Positions 21,195 through 33,933 of a stretch of 64,000 nucleotides of DNA are shown here, piece by piece. The notes below the pieces were generated by a model, which was not told where the DNA came from, ran no database searches, and worked only from the letters and a program-made list of their open reading frames with translations. The stretch comes from Thalia democratica (Eukaryota): the NCBI GenBank assembly GCA_965202585.1, contig OZ241829.1, positions 33,852,001-33,916,000 of the forward strand. Reading direction: 5' to 3'. Positions within the stretch are counted from its first letter, which is position 1. Each line of letters begins with the position of its first letter. The translations under genes were made by a program, and so were the position numbers.

Positions 21195-21500
21195 CAGGAA
21201 TCGGCAAAGCTATGCCATATAATAAAAATGCGGCCCGCAAAAATGTTTTTATTATAAATACGATGTGGTTCGTAAAAAGTAAAACTTCGGCCAACAAGAG
21301 GTAAAACGCAGCCTGCGATCATGTAAGATTTTTAAACTTACCCAAGCTACTTTGGGGTTTGTAATGAAAAGTAAAAAAGAAGTCATGAAATAAATTGACG
21401 AGAGGTTTAAAAAAAAATAACTAAAACTAAAACTACAGCCCGCGAAAATTTATATTTTTGAAATACGGCCAACGACTATCACATGCCTACCGACCCCTTG
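21195..21500. mobile_element. hAT-Charlie-like MITE (CAGGGGTCGGCA family)
   Basis: Ends CAGGAATCGGCAAA / CTACCGACCCCTTG; internal GCGGCCCGC and CAGCCCGCGAA motifs shared with the copies at 11402 and 53825; flanks GTTTAGAG / CATTAGAA. Confidence 0.7.
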
Positions 21501-21544
21501 CATTAGAAGCTTATTTAAACTATAACTTTTAAGAAATTGACATA

Positions 21545-22280
21545 TTATTTGACTATCGGCTCAAATGTTTCTTCAAACACATAATTGGACAAAAAATCAG
21601 TTGTAGCATAGGTAAGGCGTCAGGCACGTTTGCTTTTTTGACTGCAATAGTTTGAAATAAGCAAAAGCTATGTATTTCCACAAAGGCTAATGTTTGTTGT
21701 GTTGTATGCAGTTTTCTGCTATGCCGTAGCAAAACAGAGAACTCGACAAACTTGCAGGAAAAGGAACATATTTCAACTACGATGCCTACTTAGGTATTGC
21801 CCGATGAATAGTTAGTTACTCAATTAATTTTTGTTTTCTCATTAGCTATTAACTTCAAAGAAGTGGTGTCACTAACTTTGGGAAACCCTGCTCTAGAAGA
21901 CAACAATTTTTTTTTGACTTCTATTACACTATTGAAATATAAAAACAGTTCCGGAGAAGATGTGACAGCTGCAATTGTGACGGCTGAGTCAACTGAAGAT
22001 CGTGAAGATGGCTCAAATGAAGATCGTGGTTGAAGATCAGAAAGAAATTGTTGATTTCGTTGAAGGGTTAACAACTGCCGCATGCAATGGACTTGAAAAG
22101 AATATCAATTTCCATTGCAGAAGTCAGCTGATGAAACACCTTAGAGCTACTGAGGACCTGCTGCAGAGTAAGGAGCTGAGGGGGGCAGCAAAAGTTGTCT
22201 TGAAACGATGCGAGCTCCTAGAAGTTGCAGGAAACAAAAGATGAACGCAGAACTCCGCAGCTGCAGCAGAAGTTCTTAAA
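21545..22280 (+). pseudogene. RTE-clade LINE, RT domain 7 and C-terminal region, decayed
   Basis: YLTIGSNVSSNT-LDKKISCSIGKASGTFAFLTAIV-NKQKLCISTKANV..SFLLCRSKT..QEK and FQLRCLLR match the RTE pattern YLGS..RIGKAS..FARL..VW..LT..TK..Y..LLYGSE..FHLRCLRR. Confidence 0.7.
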
Positions 22281-24109
22281 ATAACAAAGATAAATGTCAA
22301 CTGCGTGTTAAATGTTTAATGTCAATAAAATGCCTCTCGTTTGAATTATATTGTTACACTTTTCTGATATTTATATATAAATCATTACTTAATGTTAAGC
22401 TTTAAATGCATAAGTTTGCTAAATAAAAGTAACTCACTAGACCAGTATGTTATTTATGAAAGACTTGTTAACATATATAAGAAATATATCTTAAGTATCA
22501 AGAAAAAAGTTTTTCTTATTTTAGCTGTACAAACTTAAATAAATTAATAAAGTACATGTAATTCTTTATTGTTTTTTATCTACAAAGTTTATAAGTTGAC
22601 AATCTTTGATTCAATTTAAGTGTAAAAGGAAAACTTAAATGCGCCAGTGCTAAAATCATAAATGACATAAATTTATTAAAGAAGTGTTTTTTATTTGGTA
22701 AAATAAAAATATTTTAAGTTTGATTTTCAAAAACAATAAAAGGTTTGATAATACCAATTCGATCACCAAACAATAAGCTTTCGGTAGACTGATACCCGAG
22801 TTTTGTTCTTTTTTTTTTTGAAACTCGTCAGTCAGGACAACCGAAAAGCTTGCAATCGTCAATCTGAAAACAGTTTATAATGTTTTATCAAAATACAAAC
22901 ATCGTATACAAAACCAATAGGTAGAACTTTAAACTACATAAATTAAAAACTTGCATAATTTTTCAGTACTTTGTTTGTGTCAAAAAACTTAATCAATATT
23001 AAAATACCTAAAAAATATGAAAGTAAATTTTCAAAAATAAGTTTATACAACCAAGATTAAATTGTATTTTACATTCTATTACTCTATTTTGATAAATTAA
23101 AGTCAAGTTTCACTACAGACAAGTTTTCTTTGTTTATGTCTGTATTTTTAATAACTTTTTTATTACAGTAATAACACACAAAGTTTACTTTACTTTCATT
23201 TATTGTTTATTAAACATGGTATAAAAAAACTAGACTTATAAATATCGTCAAAGGACCTGGCTTTACCATTTACAACAAATATAACAAAATTATAATAAAA
23301 GTATAAAAAATTGAATAAATATTTCAGTTTTTACTAAAAACTTTTTTCACGTAGTTAAAAGAGATAAAGCTATAATAGTACAAACTAAAGAATAAGTGAT
23401 CTATGGTCCATACTTAAAGCATAGACTATAAATTAAAAGTTCATGAAATATAAGTAAGCGTATATGCTTGTGTGTTTAAAATTAATGCAGACCTTAAAAA
23501 ATTACAATGATGTTGTATTTATTAAACAAAGTCAAAAAGTATAAAAAGATCAAGCTGTAATTGCTTATAGACATTAATTTATAAATGTGTAGTAAAAGTA
23601 TTTTTTCCAAAGTTACTATAATAAATTAAAAGGTTCTTTTTTTCTAAATTAGTTTTTTCAATTTCAAAACTTACCTCTTTAGTTTTTAAAGTTGTTAATC
23701 ATATGTATGTTTCAACCACTTGGTATTGATTTTGAAACCTTCGACTCCGGGAGTTTTCGAAGCCATCGTTAGGGATCCTACGCCATTATGCCACATATTT
23801 GTATTTATATTGATGATTTTTATGTTAGTTTTTGACTTTTAGATAAATAATAAGTTGAACAAACTTACTTTTGTCTTTTATGATTTTGCACTAAGTTAAA
23901 TTGTTTTGCAAGTTTAGTTATCGTTAATAATATACTAAATAAAGTTTTACTAATTTAAATAATTGAATAAAATACTCAATAACTAACTTTTACAGTTGTA
24001 TATTAAACGTAGTTATAGAAAACATCGGCGAAGGTCTACTAGATGTTCTTGAGTTAATATGAAGACTTAAAAAATGGTCTAATTGACTGATCGTCTAAAA
24101 TAAAAAACG

Positions 24110-24190
24110 TTGAAACTACAATTACGGTCCGCAAAGATTGTTATTTAAAAACTTTTTGCTCCAGACTAGCAAATGCCTGCCGACCCCTAG
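24110..24190. mobile_element. Right-end fragment of the CAGGGGTCGGCA-family MITE
   Basis: CGGTCCGCAAAGA..GCCTGCCGACCCCTA followed by GTTTAGAG. Confidence 0.55.
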
Positions 24191-24619
24191 TTTAGAGTAA
24201 TTAAAACCATTTTTTAGGTTTTAATGCTAGCAATAAAGTTTCTAGCTTTTCTTAGGTAATTAATTTTTGTTTTTTGGTCACTTGTTCAAAATGAAAGTTT
24301 TTACTTATTATATAAACAAAAATAAAGTCTGCCTCGTTAAGACTTGTTGACAATAAAAATTTTTATAAAGAATACGTATAAAAAATAACAGTAGACTCCT
24401 TGGAAGTAAAACGAAAGTAATTAACAGTGCAGTTTACAATAAAGTAACTAATGACTAAAACTCAAATATAAAATATATGTAAAATAAAGTTTTTTAAATT
24501 TAGGTATTTTAGAAAGTAACAAAAACATCAGTTCAAATTATAATTAACTCTAATTGAAATATCAGTAGAAAACTTGTCCAAAAAGCAATCTTAAAAAAAA
24601 AAAATACTAAAATAAGGAG

Positions 24620-25150
24620 AAAAGAAATGATCATCAAATTAAATGCTTTACAGACTTATATGTAATTGTAGCTTGTCTTTGAGATCAAACAAAACACCTT
24701 GTATTGTTTGACAGATATTTTGAAAATATTTTGAAATCCTTCAAAAATGATTATAGTTTTTCATAACTACTACTACGGCAGCTTTGTGTTATATAAAATT
24801 TTCCTTTTAAAAATAAAGATTTAGTGTATCCGCTGTCGTGAAAATTACAAGAAAAACTTAGATTATTAGTACCAACACGATACATCTTTATCTGTTAAAA
24901 CGCCTTCTTCTCCAAACAATGCTTGGTATCCATAAAAAGACGATTTATTTTATCAATAACTTTTTGTTGGAATTATTTGGTTACGAGTCAATTTGTTTCT
25001 CTGTGACAGTGGTTTTTGAAAAGTGTCAAAAAGTTTATCATTTTTTATGATTGTTCTTCAGCACTCAAATTGAAACTCAAAGCTACCTTCACATTTTTGA
25101 CGTTTTTGACACTTTGACTGGTCAATTTTTACCATGCCGCTCTACTATAA
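24620..25150 (-). pseudogene. Decayed CR1/L2-like LINE RT fragment
   Basis: Minus-strand motifs in RT order: IIKNDKLFDTFQKPLS (domain 1), FYGYQALFGE (QxGFR), QGVLFDLK (domain 2). Multiple stops. Confidence 0.45.
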
Positions 25151-28100
25151 CGAACACCAATAGAACCTTTTGAAATTTTTAAAATTTTCTTCTTTGAAAA
25201 GGTGTTAATTGTTATTTTTCAAGTTCGTGAAATAAAATTATTTAAAAAATATAACAAAACGCATTTCATTTTTCTTAAATTTATTTGAGTACTTTCGTAG
25301 TAAGGCTTATCAAAAATTGTATCTTAAACTGAAATGAAATTGAAATAAAGTTATGCTGTAGTTAAAGGTTTAAAAATATAAAATGATGTAATAGTCTAGT
25401 GTAAAAACAAACTAAATGCTTATACTATAGAACTTTGCTGTACTTATAAAACTCGTTAAACTAAAATCAAACTAAAATAAACAAGCAATAAAAATGAAAA
25501 TAAAACTACACTTAGAAAAAAAAACTAACGAGAAACTAATAGCTTTAAAATTACTTTACAAGGACCTAAAAAGTCTAGTTTGGTATACGAACTTTTTCTG
25601 CTTCCATAAACTGGGCCTTAAAGATTGAATGCATAAGGCTTCTGGAATATGTAGCTGAAAAGAGTTCACTAAAACTGTAAAATTCTTATTTTTTTAATTT
25701 TAATGAGATGCAATTTTTGCCTTAAAGATTGAATGCTATTTGTATAATAAAATTGCTTTGTGAGATCGGAATAATACTTTTTGTAGACGTTTTTGTAAGC
25801 TAAACTTTTGTTTTAACAGATGAATGATATTTTTCAGTTTGCTTTTAAAATAATTGAAGTACTGATTCATAATCTAGTCTAATACAATTTAAACTATAAA
25901 AAAATGTTCAAATTTTGCTATATTTGTAATATTATTGTTGAATTTTTCAGTTGTTTGACTTAAAAAACAATCTGTTATGTTTAATTTTTAACAATTAAAA
26001 CAAAAGAAAAAGATTTATTTTGAAACAGTGTTATGTTAGGTCACTTAATAACTTACTTTAATTTATTTTTAGGTTTAATTTTTGAACATTTAAATGTTTT
26101 ATAACATTTAATTCTTTTTTGGAGCTTAATAAAAGGGTTTTAAAAATTCAATTTTGTATAAAAAATTATATACAAACAATTTTGTCTAAATAAAATCAGC
26201 ATGCTGAAGGTTTTTAACAAACGCAGAAGGAAAGTATTTTCTTTTCTCTGAAATTTTTAAAACTTCTTCAAAAACGATTAAGTCGTTAGCACAAACAAGT
26301 TTTAACATGTGTATTTAATTCAGAACAGAGCAGTAACTTTTAGAAAATAAAAACTAATTAAATACTTTTATTAAACTAGTTTATGAACAGTTAAATTAAA
26401 AATTTTGTAATTAACTGCAAAAACCAATTATGCGTAAAGTAGTTAACAGATTAGTGATGCTTTAAAATTACACTTGTCGTATAAGCAAAAATATTAAATC
26501 AGCTGTAAGGTCAAAATTATTTACTGAAGCTGTTAAATTATTTTCAAGGTAAAAATCATCTAATGTTTTTTAATAACAAAAAAGCTAAAAATAACTTCCG
26601 AAATGCTTAATTATCGATATAAACTTTATAAAATATAAACAAAATATTTTTTTTCGTACAACTTGATTTAATAAGAATTACAATAAAATTTAGTTTTCTT
26701 CATACACTTTTTATTATTAAAGGTTGATAATTTTTTAGATCTTTAAAGGTGTAACTAATAATTAATCATGCTTTAAAAGTTAGAAATAGTTTAAAATTTT
26801 AAGGTAAGATAAAAATATTAGTATTTTACTACAACTGATAAATTAAAAAACGCGGGTATTAACTTTTTGAAAGTAAAATTTTTTAAACTGTTTTTTAAAA
26901 TCTGCTAAACTTTTTGAGTTAAAAACTCACATTACTACTTATTACCAAATGAAAACCTATTCTTAGAACTTGTTTCAAAAGTGCAAGTAAAAACAAGTCT
27001 ATAAAAATAAATAATAGAAACTATTTGTTCATTTTGTATAAAAAATGTTTTAGTTGGCCTGAAAAAAAAGGAAAAAAAAAAGTTCACATTTGTTATTCGT
27101 TTATTTCTTTTACATCAACAATTACTCTTAATATTTTTTATTTATGTATGTTTTAACAAATAAGTTTAGTAAAATTATTTTTGCCAAATTATTCAAAACA
27201 AACATTTTATTTAGTCTAAAATCAATGTAAAAAGTAAAGTTTTAAGGTCCCATAAGTCAATTTGAAAAAAAAGTTTATTTTTTATAAAAATATGGTTGGA
27301 AAACTAAACAATCAATAACTATCATTTTTATTGATGTATGTTATTTCGAGCAGATTTTCATGTAAACTGTATTTTTTTATTTATAAACGATTATATATTT
27401 AGAAAGTTTAAAACCATGAATATGGTTACACCTTCTTGTGACTGAAACATTTGTCAAGTACGTAGTACTTTTGTAATAAGACAGAGCATTTTATAAACAA
27501 AAAAATATAATTATATTAGTTTTTATTAAATATAAATAAAATTTGTTTAATTATAACTTAAAAAAAAATGAAAGCCTTTAATTAAGTATTTCAGAAACTG
27601 CTACTTCATAACTTGTTTTTATCATTACTGCAGTAATTTTAAACTAGACATAATTAAAAAACTTTATGAAAAATTACTTAACCATGTGTTAAAAAATTAA
27701 AAACCTTTTCAAGGTAAATTTTTGGTCCTTTTAGTACCTGAGTTTTTGAATTATGTACATAAAGCTTTTTTTACGAATTTTTCTAATATTTTAAACATTT
27801 TTAGATTTTAAACATATATCATACATAGTTTTGAAATTTTCTCAAAACTTGGTTTAGCGAGTATAGAAAAATAAAAACTTTTAGTATAAACAGTTATTTA
27901 ATTTTACAAATAGTTTACAAAGCTATATAGCTAAATTCTAGGGAATAAACAGTCCCTATAATTTAGGTTACAAAGTGTTTTTTATTTTTTTTTAATTCTA
28001 GGCAAAAGTTTATAGTATTAAGTCTCTAGTCTCAATAACAGCACTATTAACCAACCATTTAGTCTTTTTTCGCTGATTTTGTTCCAAAGACAGATCTATA

Positions 28101-31100
28101 CAAGGTTGAAAACAAATTTAACTATTCTGAGTGTCACCGTAATAGTTAATGGTTTTAAAAATACGCAGTAATGTCGGATCTGACGTGTAAGTTGGTTGTG
28201 GTTTCAAAAATAATTCATCAAAAGTTAGTCTACCAGACTAAGGCTGATCAATGAGTCTTTCAAAAAATGATCGTATTTTATCAAGTGCTGTTTATTCTTC
28301 GCACAACACTGTCAAACATTTCAATGTCTTAAACAGACTGTTGCTATTCATTCGAGCCTCATAATTTTTTGTTCCTTGATTATAGCCTTTTTCTGTTTAA
28401 TTCATCTTATTAAAACTTCGTATTCGTAAACTAAAGGACTTTTTAAAACGCTTTCGTTGTGTTACAAAGTACTCGTTTAACATCAAAGCCGTGACTTGCC
28501 ACAAAAACTGTGTTTGGGCAAAATACGGTTTATGGCAGAGCAAGACGGTTTGTTTTGTTAGACGAGTCGTGAACTTTGGGTAACCTCGAGCTATTGTCAG
28601 CTCATCACCTTGAAAACTATTATGATGAGTTGTTAAAACGTGATTACTGATGCGCGATTTTTGAATGAAAACCGAAAACAAGCTGCGAAAGGCAACTTTG
28701 CCAGAACCTTGCTTTTTCAAAGCTGTTCCACTATTGAACAGTTATTGCTTGACTAGAATAACATAAAAAGGCTGTTTTTACGTCAAATTTGAAGCTCATA
28801 ACCTTCTGAGTGTTAAACTGAAGCTTAAAGTTCAATATTTTCAATTAAGTACGATTGTGTAAAATATTTTTAGTTCTGCTCAAGTATCAAGTTAAACACA
28901 ACTTGTTAATGTTTTGTTATTGAAATTTGTCTCCATAAGATTTATTTGTTTTTTTCGCAGATATGTCAGTTTTATTGCAAAAAATAAAAACGTATACAAT
29001 ATTACATTTTTATCTTTTATATCATTATTAAAAGGGCATCGATTACAAGACTATAACAAACTTGTTTTACTCTTTGGCTTGTGGTCATCTAACCTAAAGT
29101 CATTCAAATTAATCATTTACATTTTAAAATACAATAGTGATCAAGTAGTAACGTTTAGTGTTTTCACAACAAGTTCCAATGATCAATTCTATATAAAGCA
29201 CTGAAAACTTTATGACATTCCTACAATAAGATTTATACTTTTGAACAATTGTAAGATATACGTAGGTAAAGTTTGAACAATATTTCAAAATTTAGAACTG
29301 TTGTCGTGCAAAAAATAATTTTCTAACATACTTACGAGTAGTGATTTAGGTAGGCTTGTAGAAGTTTAAGTATTATTTAGTTCTTGTATACTCTAGCAAA
29401 AAAATTTATAAAAATAAGTAGTTTGAACTAATTGTTTAATGATTATTGTAAGCTTTAGCTATTTAAAATAAACTAACATCTATCAGACTTAAAGTCTAAA
29501 CCGCACAAAAGTGTACTTAAACTTTAACAGAACCATTTAGTTGAAAAGCTATAGCTGAACCAATCAAATCTAAAAAGTTTTTAATGTACCTGCTGTAACC
29601 CGTAAAATTAAGTGATTTGTCGGCGATTTGTGATGAGTTTTATCAGCACTTTAGCTGCATTACGCTTGTCATTGGCTGGCGTCAGATTTTAATAAAACTT
29701 GACAACTCTGTCAATTACATGTTTACTAATAGACATAAAAAAAAATCTACGCCTTATTTTAACACACACCACTTGACTAAGTGTTAACATCAGTGTATGT
29801 ACTTTGAGTAGAAAACTGCAGATTGAACTTTTGATGAAAGGTTTACATAAATAAATTAAGCTTTTGCCTCTATCTTGAATTAAATATAAAGTTTTATGTT
29901 AAATTCTTTCTGCTGACCAAAAAACTGTTGTTAGTTAGTTAATCTTTTTAAAATAAGTAAGAAATCTACATTTTAGTTTTAAAAACTCAAATTGCTTTGA
30001 AATACTTTCTTAAAGTGTATAATTTGTTTAGTGTATAATAATTACGTTGTAAATATTTTAGACTTTTTTCTCTTTTATTTGCTGAAAACTTGAAAAAAAC
30101 AAATTCAAGTTTATCGAAAAATGCATGAATATAACATCAAAAAGCTATTCATGTTTAAAAAAATAAATTCAGATTGAAATTAAAAACCAAACGTGACGTT
30201 TTAGTAAGTTTTTTTTTCAATTTTACCTACATTAGTCCTACAGTCACATACATTCACATTTAGTTTTGACTTTTTATTCTTATAAGCATTTAATGATCGT
30301 TTTATGAAAAGTTTACCTACATTTGACAAAAAAGTTTGAAATCCCGTTTTAATGTTTGTAGTTATCAAAAATATCAATCGTATACAAAATGAATTTGTTT
30401 TGATTGATTTGCATAAAGCTTTTAAAGTTATTAGACTTAAAAAACATATAAATATGTGTAAAAAATGAATGCATGTTTGTTTTTTTATAAATTTGTTATT
30501 TTTATTTTTCTAATCTATATCAAGCATTTGTTATCAAATAATTTTATCCAGTTAATGTTACTGTAAAACATTTCAAATTCATAATACCTATACATGCCGT
30601 TTAGTTTGTAGAGTACTTGGAGAAAATATTATACATTCATTCAAATATTTAAAAAAACGGATGTATATTTTTGGTTAAGAATATTGGCGGCAATAATTAC
30701 ACTTAATGCGTAAAAGTTTGTTTATAATATATATGTTAGCAAAAAGTTGTGGTAATTTAATTAGGTATAAAATCAACATATTAATCTGATTAAGCTAGCG
30801 TACTGACTACGTTTTATTGTTAATAACTAAGCGTAAAGCTGAAACTCTTAAAAGCTTCAAAAACTAATTCTAAAATTACTTTAAGTTTTTCATCTTTGAA
30901 TTAAATTTCTACAAATTTTTATTAATTTATAAACAGGCTATGTTTTATAATTCAACCTTTTAATTAAAAATGAATCAATTCTAACAATGACAAAGTACAA
31001 AAAAAGTTCTATAATATTTTGACTATAAAACTAATTATTGTTTTAATTAAAAATCAAAGTGTAAGATGAAATTTCTGTTTAGATACTTCAAGATTTTTAG

Positions 31101-33933
31101 ACTTTTCTGACTAATAAAAAGCTCATGCTCAACTTATCTGTCGATAACGACTGATTTTAATTAGCTACTTGATGCTCCTAACTTTTTTGTTTTTATCAGA
31201 TCATAACAACATGACTGTTTAGTAAACATGAAAATGATTAGAAGATTAACTTTGATTGGTTTAAACAGTAGACATTTTAGCTTAAAAATATTATAATAAA
31301 AAAAAATTGGTTGGCTGGGTATTTGTTTATATATCTTTATTATTTATTTACGAAATATCACAATAAAGAGCTTTTGTATAAAAATATTTTGTCCAATGGA
31401 CATTTCAAATGTGGAAGCCCTTTAATAAATGAGTCTATTGTTATAAACTGTAAAATTTTTTTATAGGTATCTTTTATAGTTGTGTAAAATTGGCATAGAC
31501 TTTTTAATGTTTTAATATACTTGTAATTAAAGTATTTTAAAACGTAAGACTATAAAAATTTATACAAGTTTACATACTTATATAAATATAAGTATTGCTT
31601 GTATAGACTTTTTATATTTAGTAAAAACTCTATAGTTAAATCAATTTTGATTTTCTATGAATGAAATATTTCTTAGTAGCACAGACATTTAGAAAATTAA
31701 AAATTGAAATACGCTAATAATTCGAAAATAACGAAGGTTAAAGTTTAAAAAACTATGGTTATTATAAATAAAAAGTATTTTAGAAACTTAAACAGTTGTA
31801 AAACAAAAAATAACTTTTAAAATATATAATAATATTACTTTAAAAACTATACTTTTTATGGAAAACTTCTTTAACTTCATTTTCTAAATTGTGTGTATTA
31901 TTCAAACTGTGATTGAAAAACTATAAAATGGTTAAAATATTAGACTAAAATGGTAACTTTTGAACAATGCTTTTTTATTGGCATCTAAAAAAAAAAAACT
32001 AGTTTAAGATTATTTTTAAACTCTTACGATTTGTAATCATCTTTTGTACTTGCTTAAATGTGTACTCTGTTTTGCAATAATTTTAAACTGCGTAACTTTA
32101 AACTGAAACATGTATATTAACATTAGATCGAGCAATAAACATTAATTCAAAGATTTTAAACAAAGATCTTTTAACAAGCTTGTTTGTGATTTCGTAAATT
32201 TTAATGCATTTATTTTCAATATTTAAAAGGGGATATTCAATAAAAGTATCAAGTAAGGAACGATTAAAATAAGGTAATTTTCTATTACAATAAACCTTAT
32301 AATACAGTGTGCCTATATTTATTCATAAACAGTACTGATAAAAAATATTTTCTTTACCGGTAAAACTAAAAATACTATGCAAAACTAATCTTACAACATT
32401 AAAGTAGTTATCAGGAAAAAGAAAAAAACTATTCTTAAAGTGTACTATACACAGAGAAATAAACAAAAAATATTATAAAAACATTTATCCCCTTCTTCGT
32501 TATAAAATTTAAAAATTATTAGGTACACTATCAACATGTATTGTACACGTACTCTTTTATTTTGAAAATTACAAACAACAAACTATTTTCTTAATAGTTA
32601 TTTGTTTTACAAAATGTAAATTGAATTTTTAAAACAGTTATTTATTTAGTACTACACATTTAAAAAGAGTAAAAGCCTGCAAAATTTTGTTTTATTTTAA
32701 AAACAGACATAATCAGTTGCAGCGATTTATTTTGTATCAGAAATAAAACTTTGAAGTAGAAGCGTAAGAAACATTTTTACTGATATTTCTTGTTTATGTT
32801 TTTAAGCGTTTAAGAACCGTTTTAAGTTGCTTAAAAGTTAGACAAACAGTTTAAATTTAAAGTAGTCTGTTGAGTTAGTTGAAATTATTTTCTTGTTCAA
32901 AACATTTAGTTTTCGTTTTACTAAACATTAATAAGTTAAGAAAACCTTTTATTAATTTTTTATTAGTATATCGAACTTTTCAACTAAAATATTATTTTAC
33001 AGATGTTGGTAGTTTTAAATAAGACTTGATAATTAAATCGTTTAAGACTAAACAAAACTTTAGAATATATTGCATTATTTAAAAACAAACGAAAAATATT
33101 TGGCGCAAAAATAACATATTGCATAGATACTTTGACAAAATTAATTTTAAGAAAATTATTTAAGAAAAATAAAATTTAAGTATAAAAGTCGGAAAAAGAC
33201 CTAAGTTCAGCTTAGAAAATTAAATAAAACCTTGAAAATTTCCAATAGTTACTTATAAAAAATAAACATGCATAAAATACTACTGTTTCTGAAACTAAAA
33301 ATGTTTGTTTTTTTTAAAACGTTATCAAATTGACTAAAACATTCCTATAAAAAAATAAGTGCAAACAAATACAAAAGTACATAAATGGCTAAGAATGGCT
33401 TTAAATTTCATAAATTCACCAAGTTGAAATGAAGGCATCAATTAAAAGGTCCGTTTCTGGAAAAATAGTCAACAATAAGTCTGATTACTTTGTATAACCA
33501 CGTATACAATTAACTTTTTAAATAATGATTGCTCAGAAAAATAAACAAGTTAAAACAAAAGATGAAAGTAAAGTTATAAATTTTAGCCCAAGTTTTTTTG
33601 TTAACAAACATAAACTTACTTTATATTTTCAAACTAATAATTTTTTTATAATTGAAAATAGTAAATGCTTGTTTGGTAACAAAAATTTTAACTATCTCAC
33701 CTATCAGACGTGTCAGGTCTTTTTTAGTGTCCAGTTGAAACTTTGAACTAACTTTGAAGAAACGATAAAAAACACGACTTAAATACTTATTAGTTGAAAA
33801 ATGTTTTAGTTCCACAAAAAAAAAAACGACTTTCATCTTCGACCACCACTCTTCCGCCCCGCATCCTCTTTCATCGGAGACCCTTAAAAAACCGTTGACG
33901 CAATCAAATTACGTCACGAAGACTGGCGCGCCT

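Noticed and set aside
33800-33933. GC-rich sequence after the ephrin-B stop as readthrough or an extra exon
   Set aside because: TGA-A is not a leaky context, all frames stop within about 10 codons, and the V-x-V end is a plausible PDZ terminus.
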